From NCBI GenBank assembly GCA_048939245.1, contig JBHLPR010000050.1, positions 1 to 15,947 on the forward strand: a stretch of DNA of 15,947 nucleotides, read 5' to 3'. The position numbers were made by a program, and so were the translations under genes. Numbering within the stretch: the stretch's first letter is position 1; each line of letters opens with the position of its first letter. A model generated the notes under the pieces. That model was not told the DNA's origin. It searched no databases and worked only from the letters and a program-made list of their open reading frames with translations. This document shows positions 7,575-14,623 of this stretch, in pieces. The DNA comes from Promethearchaeota archaeon (GTDB lineage Archaea; Asgardarchaeota; Hermodarchaeia; Hermodarchaeales; Hermodarchaeaceae).

Positions 7575-8183
7575 ATGCAAGAGGAACTTCATGAAGTTGA
7601 ATATCAACCCATCCCAGTGCGTGACTTACTAGTGGAAATGAAAGACCTCAGTGAGTTGATGATCGATTTAGCCTATTCAGCAGTCATGTTTAATGACAAG
7701 GATCTGGCTGACGAAGTCATGGATATGGAAGAACGCGTTGACTATCTTGGCTACTTATTACTCATGAACGCGTCGCTAGCCGTCCGTGACAAAAAAGATG
7801 CAGAGCAGATTGTCAGTATCATGAAAACAGCTTCTGCAGCTAACAAAATCAGTGACGCCGCCGCAGATATTGCAGGACTTGTAATTCATGACATTGGGAT
7901 TCCCGTCATCCTTTGGTTGGCCGTAAGCCAGGCAGATGAAATAGTAGGTCGAGCCACAATCCTGAAGCAGTCAATGCTAGTTGGAAAGTCGTTAGCGGAT
8001 ATCAACCTTGAAGAAGAAATCGGAGCAGACATCATAGCAATCCAACGACGAAGAAAATGGGAAATCAATCCCCCCGAAGCCTTTGAATTAGAAAAAGGTG
8101 ATCGAGTTATAGCGCGAGGATCAGCTGAAAGCATAAAAAAACTACAGAGGCTAGCCGCCGGTGAGCTTGAAACGATTACTTAA
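7575..8183 (+). CDS. PhoU-like helical domain + TrkA-C (RCK_C) domain protein, paralogue 1
   Basis: LLVEMKDLSELMIDLAYSA...ISDAAADIA, then LVGKSLADINL...IIAIQR...INP...LEKGDRVIARG. ATG 7575 preferred over 7473. Confidence 0.88.
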   Translation: MQEELHEVEYQPIPVRDLLVEMKDLSELMIDLAYSAVMFNDKDLADEVMDMEERVDYLGYLLLMNASLAVRDKKDAEQIVSIMKTASAANKISDAAADIAGLVIHDIGIPVILWLAVSQADEIVGRATILKQSMLVGKSLADINLEEEIGADIIAIQRRRKWEINPPEAFELEKGDRVIARGSAESIKKLQRLAAGELETIT

Positions 8184-8778
8184 AACACCCACAGGTGAAG
8201 AGAGCCCAGAGGAACGCATTCTAGCGATGCTCATTCAAATGAAAGACACCTCTGAGCTTCTCATTAATTTAGCCTATACTGCACTCCTCACTAATAACAA
8301 GGATATTGCCGAGGATATTTTCGAATTGGAAGAGAAATTCGATAATTTTCACACAGAATTTGAGCTTGAAGTTCTACGTTTAGAATTAGAAGAGGGAGAA
8401 GAAAAACGCCGATTAGGACTTATCCGGCTCGGAGTTGCAGCAGAAAACCTTTCGGACGCGGCCGCACAAATGGCAGAAATCGTATTACGTGGCGTTGATG
8501 TTCATCCGCTTATGCAGTTAGCACTAAAGGATGCTGATGAACGGGTCAGCCGCCAGATTGTCAAACCCAACTCGATTCTCGCCAACAAAACTTTACGTCA
8601 ACTGCGTTTAGAGGATCATGGAACTAGAATCTTTGCTGTAAAGCGTAAAGACCAATGGACGTATGATCCGAGAGGACGATTCAAATTAAAACCTGGCGAC
8701 ATCATTTATGCTGGTGGTTATAAGGAAGCAGTCGAAAAGTTAGAAGGCATTGCTCAAGGCACAATCCAAGAGCTATAG
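8161..8778 (+). CDS. PhoU-like helical domain + TrkA-C domain protein, paralogue 2
   Basis: LIQMKDTSELLINLAYTA...LSDAAAQMA...LANKTLRQLRL...IFAVKR...LKPGDIIYAGG. Clearly homologous to the preceding gene, with a 23-nt overlap. Confidence 0.88.
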   Translation: MSLKRLLKTPTGEESPEERILAMLIQMKDTSELLINLAYTALLTNNKDIAEDIFELEEKFDNFHTEFELEVLRLELEEGEEKRRLGLIRLGVAAENLSDAAAQMAEIVLRGVDVHPLMQLALKDADERVSRQIVKPNSILANKTLRQLRLEDHGTRIFAVKRKDQWTYDPRGRFKLKPGDIIYAGGYKEAVEKLEGIAQGTIQEL

Positions 8779-8870
8779 TGTCACTTGCTTTTTCGCGGAG
8801 AAGGATATACAAAGCCACAATGTAATTATAGCAGGCATAACGTCTCACTGAAATGGAGGCAAATTAGACC

Positions 8871-9794
8871 ATGGCAGAAAAACATGACCTGATCATCGTG
8901 GGTTGTGGACCTGCAGGGATGACTGCAGGATTATATGCCGCTAGATTAGGTTTAAACGCAGTAATTTTGGAATCAGGAATTTGTGGCGGTCGCATGATGA
9001 ACGCCTGGCAAATTGAAAACTACCCTGGTTATGAGAAAATTAGTGGAGGCGACCTTGCCATGAAAATGAAAAACCAGGCACAAAACGCAGGAGTTAAAAT
9101 CCACGAAATGACTTCAGTTGAAGAGTTCAAGTTTTCTGATTCAATCAAAGTGGTAGTGACTACTGAAGGTGAAGAATTTCACGCGCCTGCAGTTATTCTT
9201 GCGATGGGAGCCTGCGATACTGAACTTGGTGTACCAGGCGAAGCGGAATACCATGGACGAGGAATTAGCTATTGTGCAACATGTGATGGCCCCCTTTACC
9301 GAGGAAAAACCGTTTTTGTCATAGGAGGTGGCAATACTGCTGCAATGGACACACTCTTTTTAGCAAATATTGTCGAGAAGGTCTATCTTGTACACCGTCG
9401 TGATAAACTCCGAGCCGAGCAAGCCTATGCTGATCGACTTATGAAAATGCCCACTGTCGAGATACTATGGGATACGATTCTTCTTGAGGTACTCGGTGAG
9501 GAGGGAGTCACAGGTGTGAAATTACGGAATAGAAAGACCGAAAAAGAGTGGACCATGAAGGCAGACGGAGTGTTTATTGCTGTGGGTTGTACACCCAATA
9601 GCTCATTTTGTGAACCCGTGGGCGTTGATCTTGATGAGAAAGGAAACATCGTTGTAGATTCCCATCAGCAATCAAATATCGCTGGAGTGTATGCGGTTGG
9701 TGATATCACAGGAGAACCACGACAAATTGTCAAAGCCTGTGGCGATGCAGTGAAAGCAGTGACTCATTGGCTTACTATCAGACCCGCTGAGTAA
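8871..9794 (+). CDS. trxB: Thioredoxin-disulfide reductase (low-MW type)
   Basis: IIVGCGPAG FAD motif, IENYPG, SYCATCDG redox CxxC, GGGNTA and HRRDKLRA NADPH motifs, GVYAVGD. GGAGG at 8855-8859 and TATA-like TAATTATA at 8823-8830. Confidence 0.95.
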   Translation: MAEKHDLIIVGCGPAGMTAGLYAARLGLNAVILESGICGGRMMNAWQIENYPGYEKISGGDLAMKMKNQAQNAGVKIHEMTSVEEFKFSDSIKVVVTTEGEEFHAPAVILAMGACDTELGVPGEAEYHGRGISYCATCDGPLYRGKTVFVIGGGNTAAMDTLFLANIVEKVYLVHRRDKLRAEQAYADRLMKMPTVEILWDTILLEVLGEEGVTGVKLRNRKTEKEWTMKADGVFIAVGCTPNSSFCEPVGVDLDEKGNIVVDSHQQSNIAGVYAVGDITGEPRQIVKACGDAVKAVTHWLTIRPAE

Positions 9795-9869
9795 TTGTCA
9801 CTGACCACAAGGTTTTAAGGGATATTTTGCTGTGAACGTCCGGTATATCTGAATTCGGAGGAACATTGC

Positions 9870-11057
9870 TTGCGTAGGTTAACTAGCCCTTTGATTCTGG
9901 GGCTGATTATTCTTGTTATGGCTAGCCCTTTGACTGCTATGGCCGCACCAACTCGACAAGATGTCATAATCACGTTCACTGTGACATTAATTGATGGTTC
10001 TGGTGGTGCCGTCCTGCACCCAGGCGCATCTGTACCAAAGATGTCAAACACCTTCGACATCACAAATGTGCTAAATACCTTGGATGCCTGGATTGCAGCA
10101 GACCTTCTGATGCCCGACCGTTTTCTTATCGAGAATATAACGGCATGGATAAACGGGCTCTTTCTTAATGAAACCGCATCAGATCTAGGTTATGGCGGAT
10201 TCCTTCCCTATTCTGGCGCTCCCAACGCAACACTTACTGCAAGTGGTTTTGCCGTACAAGCGCTTACCCTTCTTAATCAAACAGATACTATTGATTCTTC
10301 CATTCTGATTGACTTCGTCGTAAACCTGCAACGCACCAATGCAACCCTCTTTCCTGAAACTGTTGGAGCATTTACAGATACGATTAATCGTTCCGCCACC
10401 GTTTCTGCAACATACTTTGCCATTCAGATATTGGACGAGTATGATGCAATTTCTCAAATGAACACATCACTTGCCATCAACTGGCTAAATTCCAGTCAAA
10501 TCCTCGCAGATCCTGCAGCCGTTAGCTATGGAGGTTTTGCAAATGGTCGAAATACAACAACAGCGGATTTACAGACAACCTATATGGCCCTTCGTGGTCT
10601 CGAAATCCTAAATGCACTCTCTATCATCGATCAGACAGCAGCAATTGATTATATTCTTCCGCATTATCGTGAAGATACAAACTATCCCCAATTCTATGGA
10701 GGATTTGCCAATACTCCAGATAGCTCCGTTGCCACTCACTTTGCGACGTTTTATGCCGTCGCCAGTCTGCAAATTCTAGGTGCAAGCAACCAGTTGTCAT
10801 CAGACGACATCACAAATTGGGTACTTAGTACGCAAGCCTTAGATGGCGGTTTTGCCGATGGTTCTAGCGCAACCGGGTTTGCTCCTCAGACAAATCTAGC
10901 GATATCTACCCTCGCCTTACTCGACCAACTTAGCAGCCTTCTTTTGCCTGTTGGACCTGATCTTTACGTCTTTCCATGGTGGATTGTAGCTGTTGCAGTA
11001 GTAGTGATTCTCATAGTGCTCTGTATCATTATTGCTCGCCGTTCTGAATGGTTCTAA
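9870..11057 (+). CDS. Exported, C-terminally membrane-anchored protein with prenyltransferase/squalene-cyclase-like alpha/alpha-barrel repeats
   Basis: Signal peptide (MRRLTSPLILGLIILVMASPLTAMA); five G[GA]F...T..A...L..L repeats; C-terminal TM helix WWIVAVAVVVILIVLCIII followed by RR; many N-x-S/T sequons; GGAGG at 9857-9861. Confidence 0.8.
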   Translation: MRRLTSPLILGLIILVMASPLTAMAAPTRQDVIITFTVTLIDGSGGAVLHPGASVPKMSNTFDITNVLNTLDAWIAADLLMPDRFLIENITAWINGLFLNETASDLGYGGFLPYSGAPNATLTASGFAVQALTLLNQTDTIDSSILIDFVVNLQRTNATLFPETVGAFTDTINRSATVSATYFAIQILDEYDAISQMNTSLAINWLNSSQILADPAAVSYGGFANGRNTTTADLQTTYMALRGLEILNALSIIDQTAAIDYILPHYREDTNYPQFYGGFANTPDSSVATHFATFYAVASLQILGASNQLSSDDITNWVLSTQALDGGFADGSSATGFAPQTNLAISTLALLDQLSSLLLPVGPDLYVFPWWIVAVAVVVILIVLCIIIARRSEWF

Positions 11058-11108
11058 TCTCCAGCAGAAGAGCTGCTAAACGATTGGTCTTTTTGAAGCA
11101 ACGGAGGG

Positions 11109-11121
11109 AAGGTTTATTTAT
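11109..11121 (+). promoter_or_regulatory. Putative BRE/TATA promoter of serS
   Basis: Purine run GGAGGGAAGG followed by TTTATTTA (11113-11120). The spacing fits a transcript starting just before AGGCGA and TTG 11156. Confidence 0.5.
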
Positions 11122-11155
11122 CGCAAGATGATGAGTGCTTGCAAAGGCGAGAAAC

Positions 11156-12541
11156 TTGAGTGCATGGTCTATTCTAGCTGCAGTGCGTGAAGATCCTGAG
11201 ATTCTTCGAAAATCTCAGCGACGGCGCGGACTAGATACAGCGATCGTTGATGATGCCGTCCAATTAGATAAGGCTTGGAGGAAAACGCGAACGGAGTTGG
11301 CTGATTTCCAACGTCAGCGTAATCAAATTGCTAAAGAAATTGGGAAAACTAAGGAGAAGACTCAACGAGAAACGCTCATCAAGAAATCGAAACAGCTCTC
11401 GGAGAAAGTGGCAGCAGGAGAGCAACGCCTTACTGAACTCGAAAAGCAGCGAATGGATGCCTTACGTGGAATTGCAAATATTGTCCACGAGTCTGTTCCC
11501 GATGGAATGGATGAAACTGAATCTAAACCAATAAAATACATTGGTAAGCCGCGAGTTTGGAAGAAGCACGTCGATCAATTCCTAGCCGCGACGCAAGGCT
11601 TGAAAGTTGAGTATGAAATAAGTGATAGACAACCAAAGAGCCACTATGACATTTCAGAAGAAAGCGGTCTTATCGATACAACGCGGGCTGCAAAAGTGGC
11701 GGGGTCTCGCTTCTATTATCTAATCGACGATATCGTCTGGCTGGATCTTAGCCTAGGACTCTACGCCCTTGATAATATCACCAAACATGGATTCATCCCA
11801 ATCCTACCCCCAAACATGTTGAATCTTGCCGCTTACAGTGGCGTCACTGACATTAGCGCTTTTGAAGATTCACTATACAAACTGGAAGATCAAGATCTCT
11901 ATTTGATTGCCACTTCCGAACATCCAATTGCAGCGCAATACATGAATGAGGTCCTTGAAATCAATGAACTGCCTCTCCGGTTTGCTGGGTATAGTCCGTG
12001 TTACCGAAAGGAGGCAGGCGCGCATGGGAAAGACACTAAGGGCATCTTTCGTGTACACCAGTTTTCCAAGGTTGAAATGTTTGTATTTTGCCTCCCTGAC
12101 GAATCTTGGGCTTGGATAGACAGGATGATTGCCATTGAAGAAGAAATCTGGAAGCCACTTGGCATCCCCTTCCGAATTGTCATATTACCTAGTGGTGATT
12201 TTGGACGAGTTGCCTCCAAGACCTACGATTTAGAACTTTGGATGCCCTCCCAAGGCCGTTATCGAGAATTCGTATCCTGCAGCAACTGCACAGACTATCA
12301 ATCCTTCCGTCTCGATACCCGTTTTGCTGAAAGTCGAGGCCATCCAACAAAAGGCTTTGTGCATACTTTGAATTCTACAGTGATTGCCACGACACGATCA
12401 ATCACCGCAGTATTAGAAAATAACCTTCAAGAAGATGGACGAATCTTAATTCCAAAGCCCCTTCAAACATACTTGAAGCCAATACAGTCAGCCCCAGACA
12501 AATACATCACCCCTGCCCATCTGAAAAAATCAAAAGACTAG
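11156..12541 (+). CDS. serS: Seryl-tRNA synthetase (standard class IIa type)
   Basis: N-terminal coiled-coil arm, LYLIATSEHP, motif 2 YRKEAGAHGKDTKGIFRVHQFSKVEMF, EFVSCSNCTDYQ, motif 3 VHTLNST. Start is TTG 11156 (MSAWSIL) or GTG 11135. Confidence 0.97.
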   Translation: MSAWSILAAVREDPEILRKSQRRRGLDTAIVDDAVQLDKAWRKTRTELADFQRQRNQIAKEIGKTKEKTQRETLIKKSKQLSEKVAAGEQRLTELEKQRMDALRGIANIVHESVPDGMDETESKPIKYIGKPRVWKKHVDQFLAATQGLKVEYEISDRQPKSHYDISEESGLIDTTRAAKVAGSRFYYLIDDIVWLDLSLGLYALDNITKHGFIPILPPNMLNLAAYSGVTDISAFEDSLYKLEDQDLYLIATSEHPIAAQYMNEVLEINELPLRFAGYSPCYRKEAGAHGKDTKGIFRVHQFSKVEMFVFCLPDESWAWIDRMIAIEEEIWKPLGIPFRIVILPSGDFGRVASKTYDLELWMPSQGRYREFVSCSNCTDYQSFRLDTRFAESRGHPTKGFVHTLNSTVIATTRSITAVLENNLQEDGRILIPKPLQTYLKPIQSAPDKYITPAHLKKSKD

Positions 12542-12703
12542 ACAAGTCAGACTATGTTTACCTTAAATTGGCGTATCCGGTAGGATTAATGACCACTAAA
12601 CATTTGGGGATAATCCCCCATTCCCAGAAAACAATTATTAACACAAAGAAGTATGTAACTCTGTCCGTTGGGGTTGGTGACCTGCGTGCCTAGAGAATTA
12701 GTG

Positions 12704-13534
12704 ATGCTCCGCGTCGTTGATACCGGTGAGACAGTTCAAATCACCGATGGTGCTCCAGCGAAGACCCATATGAAAGGAGATGAAGTACTCATCATCATCG
12801 ATGATGAAGAACGTCTTATCTGGATATGGAAAGGCACCGAAGCCCCTGTTCGTCGCAAATTCATTGCTGCTCGTCGTGCATCGGGAATTAGGGATCAGCG
12901 TGGACTTGTCTATAAAATTATCTCAGAAGATGAAGGGCAGGAAGGCTCGAAATTCCTTGAATCAATGGGATTACCATTATCAAAGAAACTCGACGAAGGA
13001 ATCAAAGAAGCGCCACCAGCAGCACCTCCAATGCCCAGAGAAGCTCCAGGTCACGTATCTGCTCCTCCAAAACCAGCAGGGGTTCAGGAAGTTAAGCCTT
13101 CAGATTATCGAGAAGTCGTTGTTTCTGCAACACGAAAACCAGATCGCCAACCTGTTCAAGTTCCTCATCCACCCTCCGATATCATTGAACAAGTTGAAAA
13201 ACTAGAACCTATTCCTGGCTTCCGACGAGAATTCGTTTTAATTGGATATGATGCGTTTGGAATAACTGAAGAATCAACCAGCGTATTAGGCAAAACCACA
13301 AAAACCCAGAAACTACAACGCATTGATTCCCTACCAGAAGGTACCGTATTTGCTCAAGGATATACACCGCGGGTTGTAATTAAAAGCGGACAAGTATTAG
13401 CCATCGAATTCCTCAAGCATTTAGAGGAAGAAGAATACCTCCACGAAAAAGAAACTGTAAAGGAAGAAATGGCTCGACAAATCACTGAACTTATCGAAGC
13501 ATCTCGAAGTGAAAAGGGTCGACAGAAATCATAG
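12704..13534 (+). CDS. Single gelsolin/villin-like domain + Pro-rich linker + uncharacterised C-terminal domain (Asgard one-domain-gelsolin-plus-extension type)
   Basis: DEVLIIID....IWIWKG..A...KFIA.R.A....EDEGQE...FL is the gelsolin-repeat pattern. It is followed by EAPPAAPPMPREAPGHVSAPPKP, a beta-rich segment and a charged helical tail. ATG 12704 preferred over TTG 12668. Confidence 0.78.
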   Translation: MLRVVDTGETVQITDGAPAKTHMKGDEVLIIIDDEERLIWIWKGTEAPVRRKFIAARRASGIRDQRGLVYKIISEDEGQEGSKFLESMGLPLSKKLDEGIKEAPPAAPPMPREAPGHVSAPPKPAGVQEVKPSDYREVVVSATRKPDRQPVQVPHPPSDIIEQVEKLEPIPGFRREFVLIGYDAFGITEESTSVLGKTTKTQKLQRIDSLPEGTVFAQGYTPRVVIKSGQVLAIEFLKHLEEEEYLHEKETVKEEMARQITELIEASRSEKGRQKS

Positions 13535-13549
13535 GAATAGCGAGGGGAT

Positions 13550-13948
13550 ATGATGCAGCAATTTGCTATGAGTGAAGAAGAAGCCAAACAGTTAGCAATG
13601 TACTTACGTGAAATCACATTATATACCGAACTTGAAACGCTGGCAGTGGTCACCAAAGCTGGACGCCGAGTAGCATTCAGTTCAACGAAAGGTGTCGATA
13701 TTGACCCAGATCTACTCTCAGCAATTTCGGCGGTCTTATTACAAACGGGCATTGAAGCTGTCCAAAAATTAGCTTTTGAACCTTTATTCGAACTCATTGT
13801 CCGCGGGGAAAAAGGAATTATCGTCGTCACTGACGCAGGACCCTTAGTGCTTATTGGTGCTGGCGTTAAAATCGAGTCATTGGGACACGTGGTCTCCGTC
13901 TTCCGACACTTTGGGCGAGAAATTGCAGGGTTATTCGCTAAAAAGTGA
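13550..13948 (+). CDS. Roadblock/LC7 (MglB/LAMTOR-like) domain protein
   Basis: helix-LAVVTKAG-DPDLLSAISA helix-LIVRGEKGIIVV-LVLI-LG helix is the typical roadblock pattern; AGGGGA lies upstream. Confidence 0.88.
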   Translation: MMQQFAMSEEEAKQLAMYLREITLYTELETLAVVTKAGRRVAFSSTKGVDIDPDLLSAISAVLLQTGIEAVQKLAFEPLFELIVRGEKGIIVVTDAGPLVLIGAGVKIESLGHVVSVFRHFGREIAGLFAKK

Positions 13949-13951
13949 GGC

Positions 13952-13958
13952 TTTTTTT
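13952..13958 (+). terminator. Oligo-T tract, putative archaeal intrinsic terminator after the roadblock gene
   Basis: T7 run beginning 4 nt after the stop codon. It could instead, or also, act as the promoter of the next gene. Confidence 0.4.
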
Positions 13959-13983
13959 CAAGAAGCACCCCTTAGTATGAGTG

Positions 13984-14559
13984 ATGACGCTATTTCAATT
14001 TCTCATCATTTGTGATAATCTGAAACGTGTTCCACGAATGGGTTGGTTGCTCAGAGGCGTTCCACCATCAAGTGTAGAAAATGTTGCGGCTCATTCACAT
14101 ACCACTGCCATTCTAGCATATCTGTTGGCTTTGCAAGCAAAAGAAAAAGTGAATTTGAACCAGTTGCTCTTAATGGCATTAATTCATGATCTTCCCGAAG
14201 CAGAAATTGGTGATATTCCAATCAGTGCACAAGGAGTGGACCCTGGAATCCGTGAAGCGAAAGAGAAGGCTGAGGACTCAGCGATGCAACAAATTGTTGC
14301 TCATCTTCCAAAACATTCCCGAACCCCAATAGTTGATGCGTGGTCACAGTATCGCAAAGGGAGCTCAATAGAGGCACGTTTGGTTGAGGTTGCAGATCGC
14401 TTGGCAACCACGCTACATGCCGCACAGTTAGTAAAGTCCGGGTTTCCTGCAAAGATTTTCCAATCTTTTATTGATCATGCCGAAAGAACAGTTGTCGAGC
14501 TCCAAATTCCCCAAGCAAACGAGTTCATTAAAGAGCTCCAAGAGATATTCGCGTCCTAG
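13984..14559 (+). CDS. HD-domain phosphohydrolase, YfbR/HDDC2 5'-deoxynucleotidase-like
   Basis: LKRVPRMGW, ENVAAHSH, LIHDLPEAEIGDI, EARLVEVADRL. Start is ATG 13984 or GTG 13981. Confidence 0.9.
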   Translation: MTLFQFLIICDNLKRVPRMGWLLRGVPPSSVENVAAHSHTTAILAYLLALQAKEKVNLNQLLLMALIHDLPEAEIGDIPISAQGVDPGIREAKEKAEDSAMQQIVAHLPKHSRTPIVDAWSQYRKGSSIEARLVEVADRLATTLHAAQLVKSGFPAKIFQSFIDHAERTVVELQIPQANEFIKELQEIFAS

Positions 14560-14574
14560 CTTAGTGAGCATAAG

Positions 14575-14617
14575 AAAGAAACGTTTAAGACACGCATCGA
14601 CTGAGAAACCGCAGGAG
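14575..14617 (+). promoter_or_regulatory. Putative promoter and Shine-Dalgarno site of aspS
   Basis: A-rich BRE-like run, TTTAAG at 14584-14589 and AGGAG at 14613-14617, ahead of ATGATG at 14621/14624. Confidence 0.5.
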
Positions 14618-14623
14618 TAGATG

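Noticed and set aside
7416-7607. Long overlapping N-terminal extensions of the pgsA-like ORF (to 7607) and the PhoU/TrkA-C ORF (from 7473)
   Set aside because: These are longest-ORF artefacts; homology starts at about 7415 and at 7575, leaving a divergent promoter region with TATA-like elements.
8871-9830. Selenocysteine-containing thioredoxin reductase or SECIS element
   Set aside because: No in-frame TGA, the gene ends in TAA, the active site is an ordinary CATC, and no convincing downstream hairpin was seen.
11123-11142. GCAAG-ATGATGA-GTG-CTTGC hairpin with a box C-like heptamer before serS
   Set aside because: No matching box D (CTGA) to form a K-turn or K-loop, only a 5-bp stem, and it probably lies upstream of the transcription start.
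12780-13205. 141-aa alternate-frame ORF inside the gelsolin gene
   Set aside because: Its Q/L/K/N-rich low complexity is what a frame shift of Pro/Ala/Glu codons produces; no slippery site or independent signals were seen.
13550-13948. Possibility that the gene next to gelsolin is a profilin
   Set aside because: The long central helix (DPDLLSAISAVLLQTG) and the IVRGEKG strand pattern fit roadblock/LC7, not profilin.
13354-13968. 204-aa antisense ORF across the gelsolin 3' end and the roadblock gene
   Set aside because: Ser/Thr-rich shadow with no domain features; the sense genes are convincing.
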